This document shows, one piece after another, positions 55,226 to 63,062 of a stretch of DNA of 64,000 bases. Each line of letters begins with the position of its first letter. Position 1 is the stretch's first letter. The position numbers were made by a program, and so were the translations under genes. The notes beneath the pieces are model-generated. The model was not told where the DNA came from. It did not search any database and saw only the letters and a program-made list of their open reading frames with translations. The DNA lies in IMG/VR virus record IMGVR_UViG_3300036861_001161, positions 1,499 through 65,498 of that record; one strand, written 5' to 3'. This DNA is from a virus. Taxonomy: Duplodnaviria > Caudoviricetes.

Positions 55226-56323
55226 TCATTCCTCCGTATCGATATAAGTGGCACGGCCCGTCTTCAACCGATACTTGACTTGCATACGCGTATAGCCACT
55301 ATCGCGGGCGGCATCCATAATCGAGGGATAGACAACGCCATCCAGAAGAATAGCGCGGGCGTTAGGGTTTTTCTTTCCAGAGTGGGCTGCTACCATCTTT
55401 GCACGAGCTTCTGGCGTATGCTTTCTTCCCGCATTCAATCCCCCCAGCCCTTGATGCGATTCGCTGAGTTTGGCACGATGCTCTTCAGAGAGTGGCCCTT
55501 GTTTCAGACCTTTATTCCAGGCTTTTCGGCCTTTTGCTGCTTCGGCAATCTTACGCCTCGTTTCCTCAGAATGGGTGCGTCCCTGCATTGCATTCCCATG
55601 CTCAGCCTGGTGCGCCCGTACTGCGGCGGCAATCTGCGTCTTTGTATCCTCTGTATGCTCCCGGCCAATCCAGGGATGTTGACCTTCTGCGTATCGTTTC
55701 ACAGCTTGGTCTCTGAGTTTTTGCTTGTGATCTTCTGTTTTTGGTTTGCCTCGCACCGAGGCCATCATGGCTTCGTGATGGGCCTCAGAAATTATCTGAC
55801 CCTGCCGTGCGTCTGACAATTTCTGCCTATGCTCCTCAGACAGCAATTTGCCATACATATGGTTCTTGTCGCCTAGCTGAGCCTCACTCATTTTCTGCCG
55901 CTGCTCAAGAGACTTCGGAATGCCACGGTGGCGATTGCCAACAGCTTCACGAGTGGCAAGAGAAATTGGGATGCCTAGCTTCGCAAGAGAGATACGCTGC
56001 TTCGCCTCCTCAGACATAACACGCCCGAGTGCTCCCTCACCACCGAGCGTGAGGTTATACCCATGCCCAGTTGGGGCAAACGTGTTGTACTCCTGGATCG
56101 CAGCGCATTCCATAACTACTAAGGCTTCCCAATCGGTAGCTTCAGCGAGCATTTCCACCGTAAATGCCTCTATACCATATTTGCGGATAGCCCGCGCAAG
56201 CGCCTGAGCACCGCCAGTTTTCGCGTTGGAATAGTGTCGTTGCCACCGATGGCGCAAAGGTTGAGTAGTAATACCGACATAACCCTTTAGATTGACCGTA
56301 TTACGAACTAGATAGAGATACAC
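55226..56323 (-). CDS. Free-standing GIY-YIG homing endonuclease with NUMOD3 repeats
   Basis: YLY.VRN.VN.K.YVGIT...L..RW..H...AIRKYG...F...E...I...NT....GYNLT.GGEG, and many HSEETRRKI-type repeats. Confidence 0.95.
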   Translation of the reverse strand: MYLYLVRNTVNLKGYVGITTQPLRHRWQRHYSNAKTGGAQALARAIRKYGIEAFTVEMLAEATDWEALVVMECAAIQEYNTFAPTGHGYNLTLGGEGALGRVMSEEAKQRISLAKLGIPISLATREAVGNRHRGIPKSLEQRQKMSEAQLGDKNHMYGKLLSEEHRQKLSDARQGQIISEAHHEAMMASVRGKPKTEDHKQKLRDQAVKRYAEGQHPWIGREHTEDTKTQIAAAVRAHQAEHGNAMQGRTHSEETRRKIAEAAKGRKAWNKGLKQGPLSEEHRAKLSESHQGLGGLNAGRKHTPEARAKMVAAHSGKKNPNARAILLDGVVYPSIMDAARDSGYTRMQVKYRLKTGRATYIDTEE

Positions 56324-56389
56324 TTTGAACCTCCTGTTGAGAGATATCGTAGAGGTTCAAAGTGTATCATGTTTTAGCCTGTATATCAA
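56317..56389 (-). promoter_or_regulatory. Sigma70 promoter embedded in a 17-bp hairpin covering the RBS and GTG start
   Basis: TTGATA(56389-56384)-17bp-TACACT(56366-56361). Perfect inverted repeat GATACACTTTGAACCTC at 56317-56333 and 56352-56368. Confidence 0.8.
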
Positions 56390-56397
56390 TAGCTAGC

Positions 56398-58367
56398 TCA
56401 CCCAGCTAGGATCACTGCTAATTCGGGACGTACTAATTGCCGATGGTGTTATCGCCATGGCTCTTTATCCATAGCTTCTGTATGTCGCCATACAGTCCAG
56501 ACTATCTCTTCATCTCACAACTGAGATGCCGGGCGCTCGTGTCGGCTGCATCACTGGTCGAGTGGTATGCCGTTAGTCGTTGCACCTTCTCCGTATCCCT
56601 ACGAAGCTTGGCTCAGGGTTGTCTGCATGAGAGGTTCCCTGAATTCACCCGGTTGGCACTCATAGCTTACGCTATGAGGGGGCAATAGTTCTCTTCCACC
56701 CCGTACAAAACGTCATAGGAGAACCTGGTCCTCTTGTGCTCTCGACTAATTTCAAGGCGTAAGTTCACGCCAGTCAGCGGATCCCCGATGGCCTGCACCA
56801 ACGAATCCGCCAGTTGCAGGTCTGCGAGGGGGCGCGAGGCGAAGGCGGCGGCATCGCGGTGGAAGATCAGGTTGCGCACATAGCCCGCGCCACCGACGGG
56901 GCCTTTGAAGGTGACCACGGCAGTCGTGGCAAAGCCGCCCGTTGGCGCCGCTGGCGCAAACGTGACGCCGGTAATAGCGTTGGCTGCGGCCGTCAACGTC
57001 GTGGCATTGGTGACCACGAAGGTGCCGCTCACGCCGGCCACGCTGAAAATCTCGCCGGTCAGAATCGTCCCGGTCAGTGAGGTCTCATTGATATTCATGG
57101 TGGTCGCACCCGCAGCCACGGTGCCGTTGACCTTCGCGGCATGGATGGAGCCGTTCGTCAAGGTTCCGGTAGGGCGAACGACGATGTTCTGATCCATGAA
57201 CCAGTCTGCGCCCATCTTGGTGCCTATCTGTCCGAGAATGATGCCTTGCGTATTGCCCGCCCAGGACGTGTCTTGAAACGCCCGGAGATTGAGCGCCGCG
57301 CCTTCGGCATCGGGGTCCAGCACGACGCGCCGGTCGCCCATAGGCGCCAGCTGGCGGTTGAGGACGGCGCGACCGGACGTGTAGACGGCGGTATCAGGCA
57401 CAATATTGGGGGAGACCGGGGTGCTGAAGGGCGTGGTGCCCGCCGTGCCGACAAAGCCGTAGACGCCGTTAAAAGCGGCAATCGTATCGGTATCCATCAC
57501 CTGGCAGACCGCCTTGATAGCCTCCGAAGCCTGCATGGGCATCGTGCCTTCCATGGCGTCCATCATGTCTTTATCAGTCAAATAGAACGGGGCTTCTTTC
57601 CACCGGTTTAAAACCACCACGACAGACGTCGGGGCAATGTCGGCGGTCGAGGGCGGGGTGGCCGCAGGAGTCACGTCCTGGACCGCGATAGCGCTAGGGA
57701 TGGGTATGTTTATTGAGTCCCCGCGCTGTGCGGCCATCGTGTCATAGCCACGGTTGACTCATCGATGTTATCGTGAGGGCTCTTTATCCCTCACTTCTGC
57801 ATGTCACCATGCAGAGCAGACTATCTCATCATCCCAGAAGGATGCCGCGCGCTCGTGGGGTTTTACTGCCATGGCTGTCTAGCGGTAGGCTCCATACCCT
57901 AGTCGTTGAACCTTCCGTGGGTTTCCCCAGCGGCTTGGCTGCTGATTGTCTCAAAGAGAGGTCCCAGCAATTCACGCGGTATACATCTCTAAATTACTTT
58001 AGAGAGGGCCAGTCAATCTAGCCTTGGCATTACGGTATTTGCTCTTAGTGCCATTAGCCCCTGCACACTGTTACCGTAGAAGCTTTTTATCTTCTACTTC
58101 TTTCCATCACTGGAAAGATCAGGCCATCTCTTCATCTCGATTGCCTGAGATGTCGGGCGCTCGTGTCGGCTGCATCACTGGTCTAGTGGTATGCCGTTGG
58201 CCGTTGCACCTTCACCCTATCCCTAGGGTGCTTGGCTCAGGATTGTCTTGTGGTATACCACAAGAGGTTCCCTGAATTCACCCGATGTACATCTGTGACT
58301 CGCGCCACAGAGAGCCCAGAAATTAAGCAAGGAGCTTAGGAAGAACCGCAGTAAGAATATTGGCCAC
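56398..58367 (-). CDS. Major capsid protein (P22 coat-like), 4 exons: 58367-58326, 58063-58020, 57759-56698, 56440-56398 (396 aa spliced)
   Basis: Joining the exons gives one open frame: MANILTAVLPKLLA|QGLMALRANTVMPRL|VNRGYD...GDSINIPIP...SYDVLYGV|QLVRPELAVILAG*. AAGGAGG RBS before GTG 58367. Confidence 0.9.
56441..56697 (-). ncRNA. Group I intron 3 in major capsid gene (257 nt, no ORF)
   Basis: 5' exon ends in U and the intron ends in G. P1 GGGGU/GCCCC, P4 AAUUCAGGGAA/AACCCUGAGC, P7 GACUA/UAGUC, J8/7 GAAGAGA. Confidence 0.9.
57760..58019 (-). ncRNA. Group I intron 2 in major capsid gene (260 nt, no ORF)
   Basis: P1 GGCU|AG/CUGGCC with U-G wobble, P10 UUGACU/AGUCAA, P4 AAUUGCUGG/AAUCAGCAGC, P7 GACUA/UAGUC, terminal G. 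Confidence 0.92.
58064..58325 (-). ncRNA. Group I intron 1 in major capsid gene (262 nt, no ORF)
   Basis: P1 GCU/GGC wobble, P10 CUG/CAG, P4 AAUUCAGGGAA/AAUCCUGAGC. P7 GGCCA/UGGCC shows compensatory changes relative to introns 2 and 3. Terminal G. Confidence 0.92.
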
Positions 58368-58402
58368 TGAATGGGCCTCCTTGTTCGCTTGATGAACATG
58401 AA

Positions 58403-58528
58403 GCCCCTCGGGGGCCAACATCGAACCGCTCGGCGGAAGGATGTTTGAAAAATCCGATGAAGATGCGAAGCATTCTCTCGGAGACATGCTTCTTTTTAGA
58501 GCGTACATCAAATAAAACAGTAATGCAA
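58403..58528 (-). promoter_or_regulatory. Capsid gene promoter and 5' leader with three CCGAG-loop hairpins
   Basis: TTGCAT-17bp-TACGCT (58528-58500). Hairpins UCU-CCGAG-AGA, CCG-CCGAG-CGG and GCCC-CCGAG-GGGC. Confidence 0.7.
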
Positions 58529-58624
58529 CTCGTAGTGCAATATGATATAATTACGAGGTAATGACAAATGGACGTTTGCCATTACCTCTGACCATACCAC
58601 GGACCTAAGAGGGAGGCCCGCTGC

Positions 58625-59530
58625 ATGACTGACGCCAGTATTACACCGCCGCCACTTATTTGCAATGCCTGTCCCGATGAAAAAACCCTAGAAGATTTCT
58701 ATTACAGTAAAACTGGCAAACGTCTACAGCCGTGCAAGCGTTGCATTGCGATGAGATATGCCGCCAATGGAGAAATCAACCGCGCAAGAAAGCGTCGTGC
58801 CTATGCCGCTGATCCTGCAAAGCATCAAGCTCAGGGGCGGGCGAGTCATGCCGCACATCGTGAAGAACGACAAGCTAAACAAAAAGTCTATCGTGATACT
58901 CACAAGGAAAAACGTACAATCAAGAAACATGAGTATTACGAAGAAAACCGCGAGGATATTCTTACAAAAGACCGCGCGTATAACGCAGAACACAAAGAGG
59001 AAAGGGCAGCAAAGAATCCTGAGTGGAATCTGAAAAATAAAGAGAAGGTCGCCATCGATAACCACAATCGGTACATGGCGAAACAGGAAGAACGTCAAGC
59101 AGCACAGCGCGCCTACAATGCTGCAAACCCTGACAAGAAGCGTGCAAGTGATCGATTAAATCGAAAGAACCACCCAGATATCCAGCTGACATTGCAAGCA
59201 CGAAAGCGAGCCAGGAAGCGTAATGCGCCTATCAATGACTTAAGTCATGGACAGTGGTTAGAAATTCAGGTCCATTTCTTCTATGCCTGCGTCTATTGTC
59301 CATGGGACTATGAAAAATGTTTTCACAAAACCCATTCGCTAACACAAGACCATATCATTGCCTTAATAAATGGCGGTAACCATACAGTTCCTAACGTTAT
59401 CCCAGCATGCCGGCATTGTAACAGTAAGAAACATACTGGCCCACCCACACGTTACGTCCAGCCACTCTTCTTTACAAGCGCTCCCCCAAAACTCTACAAA
59501 CCCCGCACCAAGAAAGTAGGTTCGCTATGA
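58625..59530 (+). CDS. Free-standing HNH endonuclease (paralogue of 30987-31778)
   Basis: C.YC...LTQDHIIAL..GG.HTV.NV.PAC..CNS.K. C-terminus APPKLYKPRTKKV is near-identical to the other HNH. Confidence 0.9.
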   Translation: MTDASITPPPLICNACPDEKTLEDFYYSKTGKRLQPCKRCIAMRYAANGEINRARKRRAYAADPAKHQAQGRASHAAHREERQAKQKVYRDTHKEKRTIKKHEYYEENREDILTKDRAYNAEHKEERAAKNPEWNLKNKEKVAIDNHNRYMAKQEERQAAQRAYNAANPDKKRASDRLNRKNHPDIQLTLQARKRARKRNAPINDLSHGQWLEIQVHFFYACVYCPWDYEKCFHKTHSLTQDHIIALINGGNHTVPNVIPACRHCNSKKHTGPPTRYVQPLFFTSAPPKLYKPRTKKVGSL

Positions 59531-59561
59531 ATACCGCCTATCCCCTGTGTTCGCGGCCTCC

Positions 59562-59768
59562 CTATGGAGACAATGGCGCTTCTCAGCCAATAATCTCCTT
59601 ACAGCCATGACAGATAATCGCACAATACGGGCGTTTTCATAAGCATCTCAAGAAGCGCTGGGGCCGTTGGACTTGGCCTCGCAGAAACTCAGGAAAGCAT
59701 GTACCGCAGCGGGGACAGACTTCATAGGCATAAGGCTATCCCCGTAAGCGAGAGACCTCGTCCGGCAT
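59562..59768 (-). pseudogene. Zn-ribbon small protein gene with three in-frame stops
   Basis: MPDEVSRLRG*PYAYEVCPRCGTCFPEFLRGQVQRPQRFLRCL*KRPYCAIICHGCKEIIG*EAPLSP*. Confidence 0.5.
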
Positions 59769-59782
59769 ACGGCTAACCTAGA

Positions 59783-59944
59783 CTATTTCTTTTTGGGTTT
59801 TATGCCAGGAACATGGCCCTCTGATATATTTATTGCCTGGACCTGTTTGACCGCTGCCTCTTTGGTCGCATGCGATCCATACTCCTTCCCCTTATCATCA
59901 ACCACGACAAACTTCTTCCCTTTCTTGGCACTATGCACCGGCAT
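59783..59944 (-). CDS. 53-aa basic head-region protein
   Basis: MPVHSAKKGKKFVVVDDKGKEYGSHATKEAAVKQVQAINISEG... with GAAAGGG RBS. Below the ORF-track size cutoff. Confidence 0.65.
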   Translation of the reverse strand: MPVHSAKKGKKFVVVDDKGKEYGSHATKEAAVKQVQAINISEGHVPGIKPKKK

Positions 59945-59964
59945 TGGTGTCCCTTTCTTCGGGC

Positions 59965-60726
59965 TTATGCACTCATATCGACTTCGACTTCCCCACGGGC
60001 GATCTTCTCCAAATTCTGAAGAAATGCCTTGGAATCACTAGCCGCCACCACATTGCGCCCATTCCGGCTCTGTCCCCCCAGTCCGTTATTGGCCCCACCC
60101 CCGCTACTGCTCTTGAAATAATGCGGATACGTCTTGCTCAGACCGCCGAGCCATTCTTCCATGCTCAGAAACCTGGATGGTTCGCGGTCACTATAGATGG
60201 GGTCTTCGCCTTGAAATGGGACGACCTTGCCTTCAGTAACACGAAACACGCGCGAGGCGCGCGTCTGCAAATCCTCCAGGGCGGTCTCATGAATTCCCAC
60301 CTTAGGCGCAGCCATGGCCACTTCATTGGAGATAAGGGCATGGTGGAACTTCATCTCATTGGCTTTGGCCACGGCATCGCGCTCAGCAAACATCCCTTCG
60401 TATTTTTTGGCGAGGCGTGCCTCGACCTCGGTAATTTGCTTCTGGATATCCGTCGGCGCGGCCTTGAGCGATTTGTATTCGTCAGGGTCAATATCCTTGT
60501 ATTTCCCCTGAAACTCGGCATGCTCGGTTTGCAGGGCTTCGTAATCTTTTTGCAGCTTCTCTTTGTCACGATTCAACGCTCTATTATTCGTTCTAAATTC
60601 ATTCAGCATATCCTTCGTGACATAGCCTTCCACATCCAGTATCCATTTCCCGTCTTTTTCGACCAGATGCTCCCGCAACGGTTCAGGCGCATCGTCTTGT
60701 GAATCGTACATTCCTTTGAGTGCCAC
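59965..60726 (-). CDS. Capsid scaffolding protein
   Basis: MALK....S.D..PE.LRE..VEKDGKW.LDVEG...EFR.NN..L, coiled coil, and PHYFKSSSGGGA. Located upstream of the capsid gene. Confidence 0.85.
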   Translation of the reverse strand: MALKGMYDSQDDAPEPLREHLVEKDGKWILDVEGYVTKDMLNEFRTNNRALNRDKEKLQKDYEALQTEHAEFQGKYKDIDPDEYKSLKAAPTDIQKQITEVEARLAKKYEGMFAERDAVAKANEMKFHHALISNEVAMAAPKVGIHETALEDLQTRASRVFRVTEGKVVPFQGEDPIYSDREPSRFLSMEEWLGGLSKTYPHYFKSSSGGGANNGLGGQSRNGRNVVAASDSKAFLQNLEKIARGEVEVDMSA

Positions 60727-60728
60727 AA

Positions 60729-60962
60729 CTATTTCTCCTGTCCTTCCTCGGGACCTTCATGGGCAGTCGTTGCCCAATTCCATGCGGTACGCGCCTGTGT
60801 GGCGCCCGGGCGCCAGGGTCCACGCAATCCACAGGCCGTACAGGTGACCCAAAACCCTGACGTTGAACTATACACGCTTACAAGACCCTCGCCCATCTGC
60901 ACATGTACGGCTGTGTGGCAGAATAGACAGGGAGCCAATGCCGTCTCCCCTTCTTCACTCAT
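60729..60962 (-). CDS. Lar-family (restriction alleviation-like) Zn-ribbon protein
   Basis: LAPCLFC...FWVTCTACGLRGP......A..AWN. Confidence 0.7.
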   Translation of the reverse strand: MSEEGETALAPCLFCHTAVHVQMGEGLVSVYSSTSGFWVTCTACGLRGPWRPGATQARTAWNWATTAHEGPEEGQEK

Positions 60963-61323
60963 AGAAACTCCTTCGTGGAGACTGCCTGCTTCAGGCGGCA
61001 GAGGAAAGTGAGGACGACAAACATGCGGTGCCTCGCCTATGATTCTTTCAAGCAGAAAAGAATAGGAACGATCTGGGGACTATCGGAAGGCAGGTGGCAC
61101 GATGCCAGCGGCATCATGCGATACCCTGACGGACAGACAGAGGTGTTCATCATCCACAGGACCGTGCGCGCCGGCACCCCGTCACGCACCGGAGACCCCT
61201 GCGTCGACATATGCACAGAGAACTGCCACCAGACAAGAAGGATGGCTACCAGAAGAACGATCAGGAGCCAGCGCATAGGTGAGGACCTTGTACTTGGGAG
61301 TTGTGAAAGCGTCCTGGTTAAGG

Positions 61324-61584
61324 TCATGGCACAGATGACACGAATCCACCATGGTCCACGCTTCTTTCCTGCATCACGTCTTGCACTCCCTCCAGTGTGC
61401 GACTCCAGCCTACCGGTTTGAGCCAGAGAAAGACCTGGGCGCCCTCGGCGTTATGGCCGGCAATTTCAAATACGTCATAGCCGGCAAAAACCTTCTCTCC
61501 GCGTCCAAAGTACGATGGCTTCCGGTCAAACCTGGTCCGGCTCGGCATCACGGCATACTTGATGTCATCAGACATTCCGACCAT
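61324..61584 (-). CDS. Hypothetical protein
   Basis: AAAGGAG RBS and a packed operon position. Confidence 0.5.
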   Translation of the reverse strand: MVGMSDDIKYAVMPSRTRFDRKPSYFGRGEKVFAGYDVFEIAGHNAEGAQVFLWLKPVGWSRTLEGVQDVMQERSVDHGGFVSSVP

Positions 61585-61644
61585 TAATTGGCTCCTTTCG
61601 CAGGCACCTCTTTCCCGTTCTCCTTGGGCAGATCGGCCACCGCC

Positions 61645-62166
61645 TCATCCCGCTTCTCCCTGGGCCGCGCGTAACCGCCGTATCTCTTCGATCAACAGAG
61701 GCACGGCCGTATGACACAGCATATAGAAATTGGCATTGGCATGACTCTCGCGGGCATTGCCGGTGATCGCGGTCAACACCGCGCCATGCGCTTCAATCTC
61801 CTCAGATGTCCCAAGAGACACGCCATACACGCGGTCCCCAAGAGTCTTCAGTAAGGCTTCCTGAAACCATGCGACCGGATCATCCTCGTCCGGAATGTGG
61901 ACGACATGGACCGGCGGCTGACTCGCCTGCTGCGCATACCAGGCCATCCGCTCCAGGACGTGCTCAGGTAATACCTCGGTTGTCGCGAGAGATGCAGGAT
62001 CATCGGGCATGGACTCCTCCGCCCTGAGGGCAAGGCCGTGCATCTCGAGCACAAAAGTGCCACCCTCCTCATGTAGCTGAGCGCCGTAGCCGGCAGCCTC
62101 GAGCTTGCCCCAGATTTCGACAAAGGCATCAACACTGATATCCAGAAGCGCATATGTGTCTGTCAC
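61645..62166 (-). CDS. Hypothetical protein with Ead/Ea22-like C-terminus
   Basis: TYA.L.IS..A..EI..KL.AAGY...MHGLAL N-terminal part, and ANANF.....AVP.LIEEIRRLR C-terminal part. Confidence 0.6.
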   Translation of the reverse strand: MTDTYALLDISVDAFVEIWGKLEAAGYGAQLHEEGGTFVLEMHGLALRAEESMPDDPASLATTEVLPEHVLERMAWYAQQASQPPVHVVHIPDEDDPVAWFQEALLKTLGDRVYGVSLGTSEEIEAHGAVLTAITGNARESHANANFYMLCHTAVPLLIEEIRRLRAAQGEAG

Positions 62167-63062
62167 AGCAAGCCTTCCTTAAGTACTACGGCTATTATGG
62201 ATCTACACCGCGGGTGATAGGGAGGTCCTGAGAGATACTGGAGGTTATGCCCTATAGGAGCATATGTCACCGGATCAAAGCGCTTGCCGTCTCGCTCGCG
62301 GCAGATGGCGGATGTCCGTTCATCCATAGTTGCATCATGGCGGAGATACGCAATCTGTTCACTATGAACCTGAACCACCACTTCCTTGGCCTGGGTCAGT
62401 GCCATCGCGGTCTGCGCCTCGGCGACCATCTCTGCCGTGCGCAGCGCCTGGGCCATCAGCCCATCCTTCCTCTGAAGCGACGGCGTTCCGGTCACCCGTC
62501 GCGCCAGGACGGTCCCCGATTCACCTGCCAGCACGCCTGCACGCAACTGATCCTGCATGCGTTGGGTGAGTGCCATGCCTTGGCGCTGCCACCATACTGG
62601 AGCAAAAGCAGTTGGCATGGCACCCATCACGGCACTGGGAAAAGACGTAGTCCGCAAGGCCATGGCGAGTTCGGCGCGCGCACTGACCGGATCGAATCTG
62701 ATCGCGTGGGATGTTGCTTGGAGCAGCTGCGTCACCTGGACGGCATGTTCGACAGCAAGATCAAGCGTCGCGGTTTCCATCAGGATCTCGATCTCGCGAT
62801 ACGTCATGCCAATGGCCTCTGTGAGGGTTGCGAGGAGTAACGTGAGCAATCCCACTTGTTGACGCCGTTGCGGGGCCTGTGTCGGATAATACAGGAGAAT
62901 ATTCGGATCATACAGGAGAATATGCTTACGCAAGGTCGCCTGCAAACGAAGCAGGAACTGTCGAACCTGGCGCGAGAGTCCTACCCCACGACGCAGGCCG
63001 TCGATATGGAGCAACAACATAGCGTCGGTAAGCGCGTGCTCCTCCTGCTTAGCCTCTGCCAT
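62163..63062 (-). CDS. Head morphogenesis protein (Mu gpF / SPP1 gp7-like)
   Basis: ATMDERTSAICRERDG...PPYHPRCRS, immediately after the portal gene. Confidence 0.9.
   Translation of the reverse strand: MAEAKQEEHALTDAMLLLHIDGLRRGVGLSRQVRQFLLRLQATLRKHILLYDPNILLYYPTQAPQRRQQVGLLTLLLATLTEAIGMTYREIEILMETATLDLAVEHAVQVTQLLQATSHAIRFDPVSARAELAMALRTTSFPSAVMGAMPTAFAPVWWQRQGMALTQRMQDQLRAGVLAGESGTVLARRVTGTPSLQRKDGLMAQALRTAEMVAEAQTAMALTQAKEVVVQVHSEQIAYLRHDATMDERTSAICRERDGKRFDPVTYAPIGHNLQYLSGPPYHPRCRSIIAVVLKEGLL

Noticed and set aside
56667-57737. ORF-track 356-aa protein as the complete capsid
   Set aside because: It lacks the conserved N-terminus and its last 9 residues are intron read-in. The spliced model explains both ends.
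57773-58275. Plus-strand ORFs 57773-58021 and 58024-58275 (also 56437-56688) as intron-encoded proteins
   Set aside because: They are antisense to the intron cores and have no nuclease motifs. Their mutual similarity simply reflects conserved intron RNA sequence.
59562-59768. Stop-codon reassignment (TGA/TAG recoded) in this phage
   Set aside because: TGA and TAG both terminate many well-formed genes here, including ATGA overlaps, and long genes are open in the standard code.
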